Of a stretch of 64,000 nucleotides of DNA, positions 36,201 to 48,348 are shown in pieces (position 1 is the stretch's first letter; the number at the start of each line of letters is the position of its first letter). Under the pieces are notes generated by a model. The model saw nothing but the letters and a program-made list of their open reading frames with translations. It searched no databases and was not told the DNA's origin. This DNA comes from Thalia democratica. Its lineage: Eukaryota. The stretch covers positions 41,230,001-41,294,000 of the forward strand of contig OZ241832.1 in assembly GCA_965202585.1 (NCBI GenBank). Reading direction: 5' to 3'. Made by a program: the position numbers and the translations under genes.

Positions 36201-39200
36201 GAGGTAGATTTTTCAATAGAGCTGCATAAAAAACTAGTTGAGCACATATCAAAAGCTAGCTACACAGAAAACTTAGCTTTAAGTCTAATTAAAAGTCACT
36301 TTTCTTCTTTCATTGTAAAAAATCGGCCAAATATGTTTGTATTCAAAATTTCTGATGAATGTGTGTGTTATTGTCAAGTTAGTTTAATTGTTAAAGTAAA
36401 TGGAATTAACAAAGAACTTACATATAATACAAAATCTTCTAGCAATCCTCCCACGCCAACTAATACATATTACAAGTATTTTGTAAACATAAATTGGTAT
36501 GGAGTTCATGATTTAAGCAAAAAGCAAAAGAATGATATAAAAGGTATAAACAACACTATGAAGCGTAAACTTGAGGAATCTGCTCTAGAAAACTTACTTG
36601 AACTGATTAATAGAAACTATAACTACAAGCTATCCTCATACGACATTAATCTCATACAACCACGAAAAGTTGATGACTATGGAACTTTTGTCTCTTTAGA
36701 TCCTCCAAGTGAAAAGTTTTTATTTCATTTACCTCTCGAAATTGTAAACCATGATACCTATCCACAGTTTGTTTACTACTTACATCAGCATATTTCAAAC
36801 TTTTTGATTACACCAAGATACTTAAGGCCTAATTCTAAATCAGGTAAGTTTCTTACATACTCAGAGTATCATCTTAATGAGGAGCAACTAAAATTGCCTA
36901 AAGATTTACAAAAAATGCAAAAAATTTATCTTTACCATGCTTATACAAAAAAAGGACGCACTGGCCAAGGAGTTGCATGCGTTTCAGCAGATATTTTGTT
37001 AGGAGCATCAACGCCATACAATGAGTTTAATGATGTAAACTTTTTTGATAAAAGTAAGGAAGTTTTAAAATTGATAAAGATAAATGTTCAGAATTCTGTA
37101 GAATATAAAGAATTTCCTGAAGTTAAAATGCTTGCTCATAAACCTGTAGCTAGATTTTGTTTGTGGACAGTTGGTTCTGTACGAATTGATCAATTAGTAA
37201 CAGAATTAAAAAGTACGTTGGAGTGTAGTTTAGTAGATATGGTTATCGAAAAAATTTTAAATCTAAAAAACTCTATTCCAGCTTCTTCTGCTGCTATAGT
37301 TAATTTAAGTAACATACTAAAAAACAATAAGGAAAACACAAGTCTAGAAGATCCTAAAAGCTATGTTTTTAGTTTAGTTAATGTTTATTGTAATGTTTTA
37401 CCTAACTGGTTTAAGGCAGTATTACAAGAGCATCAAAGTCCAAGTTTACTTAATGGGAGTATAAAATGTAGAAATTACACTATTTTACAAAATAGCATCC
37501 CTTGTTTAGCAACCGAGTTAGAAAAAACAAAATATTCTAAAGTGTTTTGCTATAAACAGACATTAGGTAATGCTTGGGAAAAAGTTTTCATTGAAAAATC
37601 TCATTTTTCGAACGAAAAAGAAGAACTTCAAAACATTTACAAGTTTAATTACATTATTATAGCCGAAAGTAATGACAATCATTTAAGACATACTCATTTG
37701 GCAGGTTCATATAGAATTACTCCTTTTCAAAAGTTTTGTTCTTATAAGAAACTAAGTGAGCACTGTAATAGTCCATGTCCTCATGAAATGCAGTTTGAAC
37801 AAACTATACATAGAAAAAATCTTATAATAACTTACTTCGATTCTAAAGATAATCTTATTACCTTTTTTACATATAACTTAAGTAATGAAACATTCAATAA
37901 AATATTTGAAGATTTGAAGAACACTGTTAATTTTAATGAAAATCGTCATAAATTACTACAAAGTTTTACATTTCAAAAACTAGGTTTGTTTAAAGCTGTT
38001 GTACCCATGAGTAGATTAAAGGATTTGAAAGGAGTATCGTGTTCTCTAAATACACTCAACAATTATGAAAAAGGCCATAGTACTTACAAACACGTGTTCA
38101 AAGATGTTAGAGCACATAATAAATCAAAAACTTTTCAAGAGTTTACAGCATTTGATGATGTTTTTATGAATGATCGCCCCCCTATTGCTAAAGAATCTGA
38201 TATGGATTGTGCAGACCAACTGAAATTATTCAATTGTCAAGCTGAAGCGATCACTAGGCGTAATAGGCAGTTCAATTTTGATTTTGAAAAAATAGAAGCC
38301 TTTATAAATGAAAGTAAAAAAAGTAATGACCAGTCATTTAAAGTTAATATGGAAAACTTCAGTGTAATTTTTTCTTATGCGCGTCTTATTTACAGTAATG
38401 AATGCCCAGTTTTTATATTTCGTGCACTAAAATTAAATAGTACTTTGGAAAAATTTCATATGTCTCAATTACCGGATACAACTAAATCTAAATTTTTGAC
38501 CAAAAGAAATTCAAACTCTGGTGAAAATAAGTTACCAAGTTATTTTAATGATGTCTTTAAAACTGAAGCAATGAGTTTTATTAATAAAGAACTTTTAAGA
38601 ATATATGGTTTTACGTGGAAAGATTTTAAACTGTTGCATTTTAGCGACAATCCTGTTGAAAATTCGTTTTTATTTGAAAAGAATACTTACTTTTACCGTG
38701 TAATGCCAGATTCAGTGTTAATTCTTGCAATTACTTTGGATAGCAAAAAATGTCTTGCTAGACTTCACATAATTGACCAACCTTCCTCTTTTGAAAGAAG
38801 TAAAAGACACGATATTAATTTTATTATTGATTGTTGTGATTTATCTCATTGTAAACAATTTCAGCTTTTGTGTTTTGAAATTCATGTCAACTTGATTTAT
38901 TATCAGTTGGTACACCACAAAGAGTTTTTAAACAGCATCAACAAAACTGACGGTAGTGCATCTTACAATTTTAAGCTAGGAAGTTTAATGAAATCACTTA
39001 TACAGTCAAGCCAAGCTTACTACTCCAAAGTTGTAGACATATCTAACTTGATGCATTTTTATAGCATAAGTCGAAATTTAGACACCTACAGCACAACATT
39101 CGATGCTTGCACTCTATACAAGTTTATAGTCCTTAATGCGGGTATGTTTGGAATGAAAGTTGTAGAAGCTTCTGATACCAAGGAAACGTTAATTTATAAG

Positions 39201-40058
39201 TTTTTTTGTGAAAATGAAAGTGATTCAGCTAAAAGTTCTGGCTGTAAATTTAATGAAAAAGTTAGTAGTTTTAACGTGAGTATAGTTGTATACAAAAGTG
39301 ACTTGGTACAACCTTATAAAGATAATTTAGAGCTTAAAATTGCCATTTTATTTACCGAGAAATCAACAAGGTTTAATTCATTAGAAACTAGAATTGAAAG
39401 TTCAAATAATGAAAGAAGATTAAGCAGAGGTATGCGAAAACTTTCAAAATGTTTAGAACAGTCACTACATGTAAAAACAAACATTGATTTAAAAAGTGAC
39501 GACCGTTTAAGAGAAGATAAAATAAAGTATAAAAATTTTTTATCGGAAAAAATTAAAGAAAACATTGAAAATTGGGTTACTGCTGCTGAGAAAGAATGTG
39601 AACGAGCTCAACTCTACAAACGAATTTATGCTCTTGCTTCTGAGAAATCAACTACTACAAATAGAAATATTAAATCGGATTATGAAAGGCTGGTCATACT
39701 AAGTTTAGTAAAAGAAGCTGAATACTTTGACTGCAAGTTACAAAGTTTTTTTAATCAATTAAAAATCGAACGAGACCGTTTCATTAAGCGTATTAGTAAG
39801 TTTTCAAAATGTTACGTCCTTACGGAAGGTATGTCAAAACGAATTTGTATATTTCCCATTACTGCACACGAAAATATTGACATTTTGTTAGTTATTGGTT
39901 TGAATCCAGCTAATATTGTATTTAGTTTGAAAGTTCTTATGCCACCTGATGACTCTGTGGTCAGTAGTTCAAACAGTTGCAAAAGTGTTTCAAAAGTTTT
40001 GCTTCAGAAAGTTCTTTTTGAAATTTTTAATTTGTCAATTTTGCAACGCTTCGTTTAA
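30291..40058 (+). CDS. SZT2: KICSTOR complex scaffold SZT2 homolog, single coding exon
   Basis: 3255-aa ORF. N-terminal blocks match SZT2 as I recall it: FLLM..W, YIFVFGLDLSAS, FQPKIYVSI, IITDGV, LRQVEGYSLAFSSCGNQNMV, YIIFPP. Length is close to vertebrate SZT2. Confidence 0.88.
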   Translation: MKTSFSQNDLFLLMDDSQWICRSTLLKWYIDKLKKSNKFENLEEYTTAGIKLLIPNSDHYVPLKEILCNQEENICTYANVNLLSSSYIFVFGLDLSASVLRVDIPQSHTVLESLVLNLEKCLQALVECNKLNINESFQPKIYVSIFAQWHATSFSDANIAGRHVQHKFLVHCCKLSSCLIKELIDNVRQFVFNIKNTYAKQVVNPYSCSQQNILIGMLKTGRSSFKNQKANCNFNLVIITDGVIGMPEQRSLDNIIFDYHNLGISCYFLHVVSCDNDFGCIPNLEVMQYVAATTKGDYLKSSNSLNHSEFINILQKKFLIKSLFSDFKQTKEALSPFMHRVCLEQTIEVPLFILIKSKLMKGFQPSGVTLEGNVLTVVLEKYWYSKQTVMQYVITNNFDKNNVCKIKVLIKCAYQFMLDLTQGPKIIRQNGERKIWSDFRVNALLNCHVYISKELPGSDNVIQVLNSFVTNNKRHNVPKILLKGQALFYQANARARIELQPNNIDVDFAMFWKFVLNNLSYIRKACLHSHSIEVILQADNLTTGYYTSTGSDAHYAAITCNVAFNALTETLKKYSDFILLHDKAYIKVVKKIESSLGFALDCSECYSLDVEEAPISFMLVELINRQPLIVVNVSFSFGTDFNVRKKYLSTLIKNLNNISLSTQQNNSTTKKARVRHASSKSVLSSINTSKHPLNAEVLGVVLQKPITYTLIRYDCSPSDLLSLSFLNDNERYLREEFFLHNKTNEDEGCFYMYHKRCVWCIEDLSYAKTLAELLVRLRQVEGYSLAFSSCGNQNMVCEIKNSEFLKKSEQKEKCECQYGSRQIQYIIFPPAVNETESTFSFCESEEADDIYLNVDVIEKPENYLAAEICLDPQQVMIENEKQKYNVDECFCRSVCSQFYNDLDMQKMTDNIFAFDTICLSAVQTLETLKSLCDSPNKEVCLPKSCKLPFFSKNDVNRSLLLNKNTNNNSSDNCSAIQVEKNILLYKTVFNFEALLEKFSYTEIQFSLLEQADINQTNGINSILIDSFNNNLKNLFNCELVLNEYSNSTITTLIYHEDPLYHQGILNSKLKSLKWRCFLKKGTELQVLVYVVPATYEDFLTCYAIKESLAESVDDYKHSTSVLKTSSESSIGDTTLFYQKRRKFSAHHSSMSERSSFSNKTEGYIKPHRTFSSYIFNCTTDKLLSSVLQSNCEFLHRNFSPEDEVVKDFRIRFKEQTGELIKCSRKIYKSASINPFCEENTDNVKDDVFAENKNENEIFCESIELIRDFFYRSFLSSVFRAVQSCGQIAVSSDDVDTCIEDLCVESTVEIDITDFLLYSNPQIMKFKNQYIQNNKIVKDLDKILESRFKNLESNFLNKNQDSKAQQDLKPFQTSSYNSAFVPVKGERVSNKEEKNVNFGKNDNILKQSLEPITVTSDSVPENSPCTFTTEWSKLPNFSITHLCSKDTLDSDMSASNHFDRVIKKFCKQYHSDSDLFYAISSDLINRSKSCSSLTNKRSTSETELESTLPNDEFLHFNCLTENTKFSTSAKESLSSSNDIDSSQETYSGDVPLFLYLSCTIKEQNSRNVGFSCVRTLPSNLKSITKTLEKPCDDLNLGSLKITLDLQWYFIPEINSNKNLPVLSCIKHMKDTEASIKWVVDDELMSTLCRSNLHSKAVLERIIQHVKSSDDQNLKSRKENCKQTKIRLDFCYGFNKSIEIFRKELKSIVVADYPLEVVGNIFYWKHNKSIFVPINSTSNDNSTDKVSKSANLSTCVNNNINKNLTICLSEIEADLTNEDDKKRELEFVNANVSKKTHPNENNKSVKVLNEPTTNYSESQNMDYPTSPSESYNLFDDYCFSNGCYKKDKNNRPASKCFQKYCGSFEDFVVSMTIEENYCCLYLHKRASCHKMHEFTEEIKIFYKLILNKINAAMKATNQILLLQEMYEKHECQKMLVEEPQEMIWTNYEEVKSTNLAASLKYPPGKFKCKHITEVDFSIELHKKLVEHISKASYTENLALSLIKSHFSSFIVKNRPNMFVFKISDECVCYCQVSLIVKVNGINKELTYNTKSSSNPPTPTNTYYKYFVNINWYGVHDLSKKQKNDIKGINNTMKRKLEESALENLLELINRNYNYKLSSYDINLIQPRKVDDYGTFVSLDPPSEKFLFHLPLEIVNHDTYPQFVYYLHQHISNFLITPRYLRPNSKSGKFLTYSEYHLNEEQLKLPKDLQKMQKIYLYHAYTKKGRTGQGVACVSADILLGASTPYNEFNDVNFFDKSKEVLKLIKINVQNSVEYKEFPEVKMLAHKPVARFCLWTVGSVRIDQLVTELKSTLECSLVDMVIEKILNLKNSIPASSAAIVNLSNILKNNKENTSLEDPKSYVFSLVNVYCNVLPNWFKAVLQEHQSPSLLNGSIKCRNYTILQNSIPCLATELEKTKYSKVFCYKQTLGNAWEKVFIEKSHFSNEKEELQNIYKFNYIIIAESNDNHLRHTHLAGSYRITPFQKFCSYKKLSEHCNSPCPHEMQFEQTIHRKNLIITYFDSKDNLITFFTYNLSNETFNKIFEDLKNTVNFNENRHKLLQSFTFQKLGLFKAVVPMSRLKDLKGVSCSLNTLNNYEKGHSTYKHVFKDVRAHNKSKTFQEFTAFDDVFMNDRPPIAKESDMDCADQLKLFNCQAEAITRRNRQFNFDFEKIEAFINESKKSNDQSFKVNMENFSVIFSYARLIYSNECPVFIFRALKLNSTLEKFHMSQLPDTTKSKFLTKRNSNSGENKLPSYFNDVFKTEAMSFINKELLRIYGFTWKDFKLLHFSDNPVENSFLFEKNTYFYRVMPDSVLILAITLDSKKCLARLHIIDQPSSFERSKRHDINFIIDCCDLSHCKQFQLLCFEIHVNLIYYQLVHHKEFLNSINKTDGSASYNFKLGSLMKSLIQSSQAYYSKVVDISNLMHFYSISRNLDTYSTTFDACTLYKFIVLNAGMFGMKVVEASDTKETLIYKFFCENESDSAKSSGCKFNEKVSSFNVSIVVYKSDLVQPYKDNLELKIAILFTEKSTRFNSLETRIESSNNERRLSRGMRKLSKCLEQSLHVKTNIDLKSDDRLREDKIKYKNFLSEKIKENIENWVTAAEKECERAQLYKRIYALASEKSTTTNRNIKSDYERLVILSLVKEAEYFDCKLQSFFNQLKIERDRFIKRISKFSKCYVLTEGMSKRICIFPITAHENIDILLVIGLNPANIVFSLKVLMPPDDSVVSSSNSCKSVSKVLLQKVLFEIFNLSILQRFV

Positions 40059-43000
40059 GCTACACTTAAATTAGTCAATTAGCATAAACTGTTTATAGAT
40101 CATGTAAGTTTTTGTCATTATAGTAATATGTACTACTACATTTTTTATAATTTCTTAATATTTTAAGCATGTGAAACATGCTCATAAGTTACTACATACT
40201 AAGTTTTTTTTTAACTTTAAAAAATAAAAAAAAATTACGGTTCTATTTTATTTTGAAAATTCCTTCAAGTATAGATTTTATAGACTAATTTTCGAAACAA
40301 AAATAGGAACCTTTTTAAAGTTTGTAATTTTATTTTTGTGGCAGCTTTTAAATTATTGTTAAACTTTTTTTTATAGTATTTAGTTTTTATGATATATGAT
40401 ACAACTTATTTCTAACTTTATATGTTTTACTTGGTGAAATAGAAACTTATTGCAAATTATTTTTAAATATTTTTTTAATATGGCTAACTATGTTTTTAAA
40501 TTGCTGGTTTTAGTTTGTTATCTATATGTTATAGAATTTTTTCTAACATATGTAATTTTTATTAAATTTAAGCACTTCTTTAGTCAAGTTTTATTCTGTT
40601 TTTTTTTCAAAAAAAATTATTTACTGGCTTTTTCTATAATTCTCAGTAATTTGTAGACAAATTAAAATTTTACTGCCTTCCTTTTCACAAATTTATTGTT
40701 ATTTACCGAAAAAGCTTTACTTGTAAAGTAAATTCATATAAATGAATAAAAGAGCTTGTGTTTTTTTATAATTTTTTGTACTCATCCAACTAGAAAATTA
40801 TACTTTTCCACTTTTTCAAGCTCCGTTTATTCTACAAAAATAAGAAGTGCTTTGCACTGACTAAAGCAACCTTTGATTTACTTTGTACTCAAGCCTGTTC
40901 GGTAAACTAGTTTACGTAGTATTCTTTAAGATAAAATTATTGAAAAATAAAGACATTTAAGATAAACTTATATTAATTTTGTTGAAATAGAATAGTTGAA
41001 GTTATAAATTCAAGACAGTTCGTTTATATTAAATGTAACGTTAGCTCCTAAAAACTACTTTTACTAATATATTGGTCTTTTAAAAACCGTCTGCATCTGA
41101 ATTATCTATTTTTCGTTTAGTATTGTAAATAGCAAATTTTAAAATATACGAAAATTTCTTACGACTTAATTTACTAGCTTATTTGGTTTTAAAATCCTGT
41201 ATTGTAATAGTCCTTTTTCGCATAGATTTTGATATGCTTGAACCGAGGATATATTACTATATTCAAACAAAATATAGGCTGAGACCAAAAGACAAATAAA
41301 GTTATATCGACACCTAGTGAAATGTAAAACACACATGTACATAAAACAAACAGTATTTATTTTTAAACCCTTAGTATCGGTTTTATAGGATTTTCATAGC
41401 AAATATTTACAGCATAAACCAAATAGTTTTTTATTGTAGAATCTTGATTTTGAGGATGATACAAAAATTTTTGAGTTTGAAACTTCATTTGAAATGGTTT
41501 AACAGATGTGTTGATTGTTGGCAACTCTTTTAAAATGTACTGTGTTAATTTTTATTTTAACCGGTTCTAGTTTTTACTAGCTAGTTCTTGAGATTTTTTT
41601 TAGATATATATACTATTGTGGTAAGTTACATAAATGGTTGAATATAGCTTTGGGTATATTAACATTTTATACTAGATTTTTTTTGCATAAATTTAGGTCT
41701 TTTTCAGTTATTTTTACATTTCTTAAATTAAAGAAGATAAAATGAAGAGTATTCGAATATAAATTAAAAGCTTAGCTTGAAGATTAACTCATTAGTGCTT
41801 AAAACAACATATGTAATACTTTGTAGAGTTGTTAAACTAAAAGTTTAACTTAAGTGGCTTAAACTACAGCCCGAGATCAGCAGTGTTTGTTTTGCTTATA
41901 TAATGTACAAAAGTTGTTTTCGACTTCAAAATCCTTTCGATTATATTAGTTAAAAATTGACATTTTAGAGTTAAACAAAAAAATATTATTTGTATGTAAT
42001 AAAATTTGATTAGTTATTTACTGCTTCTGTAATCGCCTTTTTCAGCTAAACATATTATTAAAAGTTGTAAAACCATGTTGAAAAATATAAAAATTAGCAT
42101 AATTACCATGAACAGGGTTACAAAAAATCTGGAGTTTGACAATGTAGTCAAAAAAAACTGGTAGTTAAGAAATCATGAAAAAAAATTGGAATTTTAAACA
42201 CTTTTACATGTAAAACAGTTAAATTTAGTTAGAATATAAAAGTCTTCAATGAAGAAATTTTATGCGTCATTTAGAATTTTATTTGTTGTAAATAGGTTTA
42301 AATTAGAATTTAAAGCAGTTTTTTTTTACTTTATTTTAGAATTTAATAAAGAAAATAATATGTTCGAAAATCTGGACAAGTATTTTTTTAATCTTCGGTA
42401 CCCCTGCAAAGACTGTATAAAACATTTTTAAAGAAACTAACTTAATGTAGAAACAATTGTTAACAAAACTTTTATTTGTAATTCGGTTGTATTATATGTT
42501 TTTCTTAATTAGATAAATACAGAAACGGTACAAATATAGTCAATACAAATATACATGAGTTCTAAGTTAAATTTATACCGTCAAAAAAAAACTACACTAC
42601 GTGCATTTCTCGAGATCTAAAATTTTAACACGAGTACTAAGCTATAGAAAACAAATGTAAAAGTTTTATATCAAAAACCCAACAGCAGTTTTATTTTAAA
42701 TTCTACAAGTGTTATATTAAAAGTACTATAACGATGCATAAAAAAACGGACATAGTTTAAAATACTTGTATAAAAATATTAACTGAAGTTTTGAAACACA
42801 TCATCAATTACAACTACGTAAAACTGAATTACAGATGTTTGCTTAACGTGGTTAAGGTTGTTTTAAAACAAAGTAAATTAGCTCTGTTATAGCAGAAACA
42901 AGTTTATATACCGAAAAGTAGAGTCGTATTTACGAGGCAAAAATATTAAGGAATAAAATAAGCTATCACAGTAATGATTTTAGAACTATACTTTTAATTT

Positions 43001-46000
43001 ATATATGTGTAGACCATTGGGATTTGATTTTGCAAAATTCAACTCAGAATTTTTGCAACACTTATAATTTTTTACAACTTTCAAATTATACTTTTTTTTT
43101 AATTTAAGCATTTTTTTAGATAACATATTTAACCCTTACTTTTATAAGCAAAAGCAATTTAACAAACTATGACTCTATTGTGACCCAAAGATTGTAATTT
43201 AAAAAAATATAAATAAATGTTTTATTTAACTTTTTTTAATAACTTTGAAAACCTACTTGTTGATAATACCAGTAAAATATTTACTTTTCATAATTATAAA
43301 TTTTTTAATAACAAAAGTTAGAAATAAGTTCGACTATAGTTGAAACTAAAATTAATGTATATATTATTACTACAAAACTATATTACTTTTGAAAAAAAAA
43401 CCTATCTATTTCCAATATATACAAATCATAAAAGATTTATTTTTGTATTTTTTTTTACTTAGCTTAGCAAACAATTTTATTGTTCAGGCGATCGTTGACA
43501 AATTATTCATGAACACTTATTTATACTCTTTCGTTTTTTATTATTTTCTTTTCGTTCTATCAGTTGGTACTAGTTTTAAATTGTTTTTGTCCATATAACG
43601 TCTTAAGCTTGTTTTGTTTGTGGGGGAGTTAAAATTTTACTTTTTGTTTAAAACTCTTTTTTTTTGTACACAAGTACTTTATTGACTTATTACGTTTTAC
43701 TGCTAATAAATTATGAGCAGCTCTACCGAGCTAAAAGCTTTTTAAAATAAATTTAGTCTTTATATGAAAATTTTTACATTAATTTTTGTTTTACTCAATC
43801 TCCTTATTTTTGTTAATTAGTATTGTTTAATTATTCACCATGTGGTTAAAGTTCTTAGTTTATACAACTTATTTTTCATAGCTTAAAAAAAATTTTGCCG
43901 TGATTTTGTTTTTATAAGTTTATCATTAGTTTTAGTTGATGTGTAACATTAGATTATTATAGTTTTAATCGAAATTATTAAAAAAAATTTCAGCTTTGCT
44001 TCTCTAGAAGTGTTGCTTATTAATATTTACACTTTATGTACTAAATAAAAAAATTTAGCTAGATTTAGATATTCAAACGCTGCATTGTTTTAATTTGATA
44101 TAAAATCAATATTTATAAGTTCTCATCATTTGCAGGATTTTTTCTAAAACTTTACTTTAAGTTAAAAGGTCTTTGTCATTATGTTTATAAGTAAGTTGAT
44201 TGTGTACCCTTGGTATAAAATATACAACAGCACAGTTGGTCTGTTAGCTTATGAAAAACTCATTTAATAAATACTTCCTTACGTCTTATTGTTTTAACAT
44301 TTAGAATACTTGTATTAAATATTTCTAAAATCTCAACTAAAAGATTTCTCTATAAAAATTGGGTTACTAAAATTGTACTAGTACTCTTATGTATTAAATT
44401 TTTTAACTTAGGATGTTTAATATATTAATACATAATTTCACTATAAAACAACTTTTGTTTGTTTTTAATTTGAATCATGCGTTACTACTTCTCTATTTAT
44501 TGATCCTTTGTTCACTTGTTTTATGTAGTTAATTAGTTAATTATACTTTACTAAGAATATGTGAGTTAAAAAAATTAAGCTTTTGATAAAAAGATCTCGT
44601 TATTGTTTTTTTATGCAACAGGAGTTCGTCAATCAATGATTCATTATAAAACTTTTTAATTAAATTAGTTCCGCTAAATTTGAGATTCTGCTATTTGCGA
44701 AATCTTCTAATTTCTTAGAGCATTGTATATGTAGCAACTATATTATATGTTTTTGGTTTAAATTGAACAGGTGAAAGACTGCACCGCACGTCAATCAACA
44801 ATGCGGTCACGCTACACTTTTACCATGTCTACCTGACGAAACCAGGTCGAATAATGTCAATGGACAGTTGATGATGCGCTGCAGTCTAGTCTATAATTTA
44901 TTAAATGATGGCAAAAATTGTCTTGCAAAAGTCGAATGAGTCATAGAAACGATTCTTTATAAATATGTTAATCATTTCATTTTTACTTTGTATTGTAAAG
45001 TTTTTGAAGTAATAATTTAGTATTTGAAATATTTATAATATAAAGAAACAACTAATTTTCAAATCGTTTACTTAGTTTCGATGCTTTATGCATCTCCTCA
45101 GAACGAAATAAAGAACAAAGTAAGATTTTTAAAGATTCACACAAAAAAACACATTGTAACGATTCAACTAAAATTGAATAACTTTAGTTAGCCTATTTTA
45201 AAAACAACTTATGTACAAGTTAACTTATTTTTGCTTGTTTTGTTTTAGTATTTGAAATATATAGTTTTGATATCATGCCACAAGGCATATTCTAATATAC
45301 AAGTAAGATTTAGTTAGATGGATGAACGACAGTTCAAGTTCTAACAGTTCTTTGTTATTATTAATTATCCTTTTTAATTCTTTATGCAGTCTTATTATTT
45401 AGACCTCGATTTTTTTTTGTTTTTGTGAAGTTTTAAATATTTTTTAGATATGGCTAAAACTGTTTGTAAAACATTTAATTTTATCTCTTAATAAATACTT
45501 TTTTAAGATCGTAATGTTATAAATTAGAAATATATATGCATTTTTATCTTTCTCAAAAATAAATAATAAAAATAAATTAGTTTTTGAGATTTTGTTTTTG
45601 AAATTGTTTATACGAATTTAAATTGTCATAATTTGAACAATCATAAAACATACTAACAGGTCACATTTTATAAAGGCTGTTGTATCTACAATTTTTACGA
45701 CAGATATAAAAGTTTCAAATTTGAGAAAGTTTAATATTACTACCAAAAACTACTCATAAATAAAATGAATAGATTAAATTTAAAATAAATTTCATTACGT
45801 TATAATAAATAAAAAAAGTGCAAACTAATAATATGATGTTGAAAATAAAACGATCGAAAACTGGTATATTTTTTAGTCATAAAATCAAACTAGTTGTAGC
45901 TGTAAAAATTATAAAGACATTAATTTTTTAAGTTTATTGTCTATTTATTATTCTAAAATTTAAAATAAAAGTACAATTAACAATCAATAAAAAAACATTA

Positions 46001-46166
46001 AGGCAAGGCAAAGTTTTTACTAAAATGTTCGATTGACGATATTTCAACTGGTTGACTTTTGAAAGTGTTTGGATGGTATTCAGTTACCTGAAAGACAAAG
46101 CACAGTAGTTAATTTTTACATAGTTATAAATATATTAAGTAATTGTTCAAAACCTATAACTTTTTT

Positions 46167-46525
46167 CAGGGTTGCCAGTGGTTTTTGAGAAATTTTCATC
46201 ATTTCAAAAATGTTTTCAGGTTTTTAAAAGTACACATTTTTGGGTTTATCTTTAGCTAAAACTAAGTTTAAGGTAAAAAAAAATTGGATTAAATAGTATA
46301 ACAACACTGAAAAGATACTGTAAAGCTACTCTACATTTGTTTTTTGATAACAATATTTTTATATATATGGTAGACTTTTTGAGTCAAATCAAAATTTTAC
46401 TACTTAACATGTAAAAATTATTTAAAATAAATTATGATTTTTTTAGTTAATTTTGTACAAAATTTCAGGTTTTTCCAGATTTTTTTTTCAAAATTTCTCA
46501 AATTCCAGGTTTGATGGCAACCCTG
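46167..46525. mobile_element. MITE with CAGGGTTGCC terminal inverted repeats
   Basis: CAGGGTTGCCA...TGGCAACCCTG; same family as about 47207-47601 (left end degraded) and 57195-57599. Confidence 0.75.
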
Positions 46526-48185
46526 TTTTGGTTAGGATACTAGTTTTGGTTGCTATTTAAACACACTTTAATAACTTATTTATAAATTAAGTCATATTAC
46601 TTGAATTACAAAGAAACTATTCAATTTTTAAATGCAACAAATAAAAGAATACTGGGAATTATACACAGCAGTAAAAAAAATTATAAACAACTAGTATCAT
46701 CAAAAGTATTTGTGCTTAAAGAGTAAATGTAATTTAAAAAAATTAGCTTGAATGTGTAAAATCAATTATCTAGAAAGTTTAGTACAAAACTATAAACTCA
46801 AGGTGCTAACCTTATAATGTAATGAATTCAACATGCTAATAAACTAAGACATTAGATTAACAGACTGTTACTCTTTTCAAAGAAATAAATCATTTTTTAT
46901 TTAAACCTTTTTTTGATCTAACAGATAACCGCATAAAAGGTTATACTAGCGTTATTGAAAAAGCACACGAATAAAATATTTTTATTAGAATGTTGCAAAA
47001 GTTTACTCTTCACAAAACACTTAGAAATTGAAAACAAAGTATCGATATACATACAATTGTGTAAATAGTTTATGTTACACTTTAGTAGTTAGAACGAAAT
47101 GTAGTAATTGATTAAAAACTGTTTACTTTAAATCTAAATTAAAACAGAACTTCCTAAAAAACATATGTATAAAACATTTGTTTTTTATCTATTTTAAGCA
47201 CAAGGTATTCACGGTGTGAACCTGTACACAGTAGAGAACACAAAATTATTTTCAGAATTGCCAAAAGTTTTTGAGAAATTCTTCCAGGTTTTAATTTTTT
47301 TTTTCCAGGTATTAAAAGTAGAAGTTTTTGGGTCTATTTTTAGTATAAAATAAAGCTTAAGGTAAAAACCTGTCTTAAATAGTAAAACAAGTTTAATAAG
47401 AAGTTGTAAAACCACTTTAAACATGTTTTAAGTAAAAATATATGATAGATTTTTTGTGACAAATTTAAATTTCATTATTATACATGCAAAAGTTGTTTAA
47501 AATTCAAGGTTTTTTAGTGATTTTTGTTCTAAATTCTATGTTTTTTAGGAACTTCTCAAATTCCAGTTTTTTTCAGGAGTCCAGTTTTTTTGACAACCCT
47601 GTTATTTTACTCGACAAAAATTTTAGCAAATAGAAAAGGTAATTTTAATAACGTTTAATTTGTTATTTTCTATCATAAAAAGCTATCATTCACACAAAAT
47701 AACAGTTCCAAACACATTATTTATACCGTGGACTCTCAAAACATGAAAATAGTGTATTTTACAAATACATTATACTTTTACAGCCTAATGTGCACAGAAT
47801 TGTTTTCTCACTAATTTAATGACCACAGCTTTTAATAAGCTTTGAAGACGACTGATCTAAAACACACAAATTTTCAAAACTTAAAGAAAATTAAACTTAT
47901 ATCCAACAACATAAGATCATTAATATTAAATATTTGGCTTTTTTAGTAATATTTTTTTTCACATTTTTAAGACCTAATTTATAATAAAAATGTAATATAA
48001 ACATTATACTAAGTAAAAATAATTATAAAAAAAAAACTATATACGAATGCATAATTAAATGTTCTTAATATCAGACGAATTAAAATGGGATGAAGGTAGT
48101 CTTCCTCTTTTGATTTTAAAGACCGGACAGGATTGAATTTTAGATAAATATAAATAAAAATGGTAAGAACCATTAAAAAAATCAG

Positions 48186-48348
48186 TCACAGTCTTTTACA
48201 ACCACTTAGAATAGATCTTTCGTTTATTAAAAAACAAACATTTTCAATTCTTATTCAAATAGAATGTGAATCTATTTGAATAAGAATTGAAAATGTTTGT
48301 TTTTTAATAAACGAAAGATCTATTCTAAGTGGTTGTAAAAGACTGTGA
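48186..48348. repeat. Perfect inverted repeat: 78-bp arms, 7-nt loop
   Basis: 48186-48263 is the exact reverse complement of 48271-48348; loop ATGTGAA. Confidence 0.95.

Noticed and set aside
32984-39565. Short antisense and overlapping ORFs within SZT2
   Set aside because: No recognisable motifs; normal shadows of a long coding frame.
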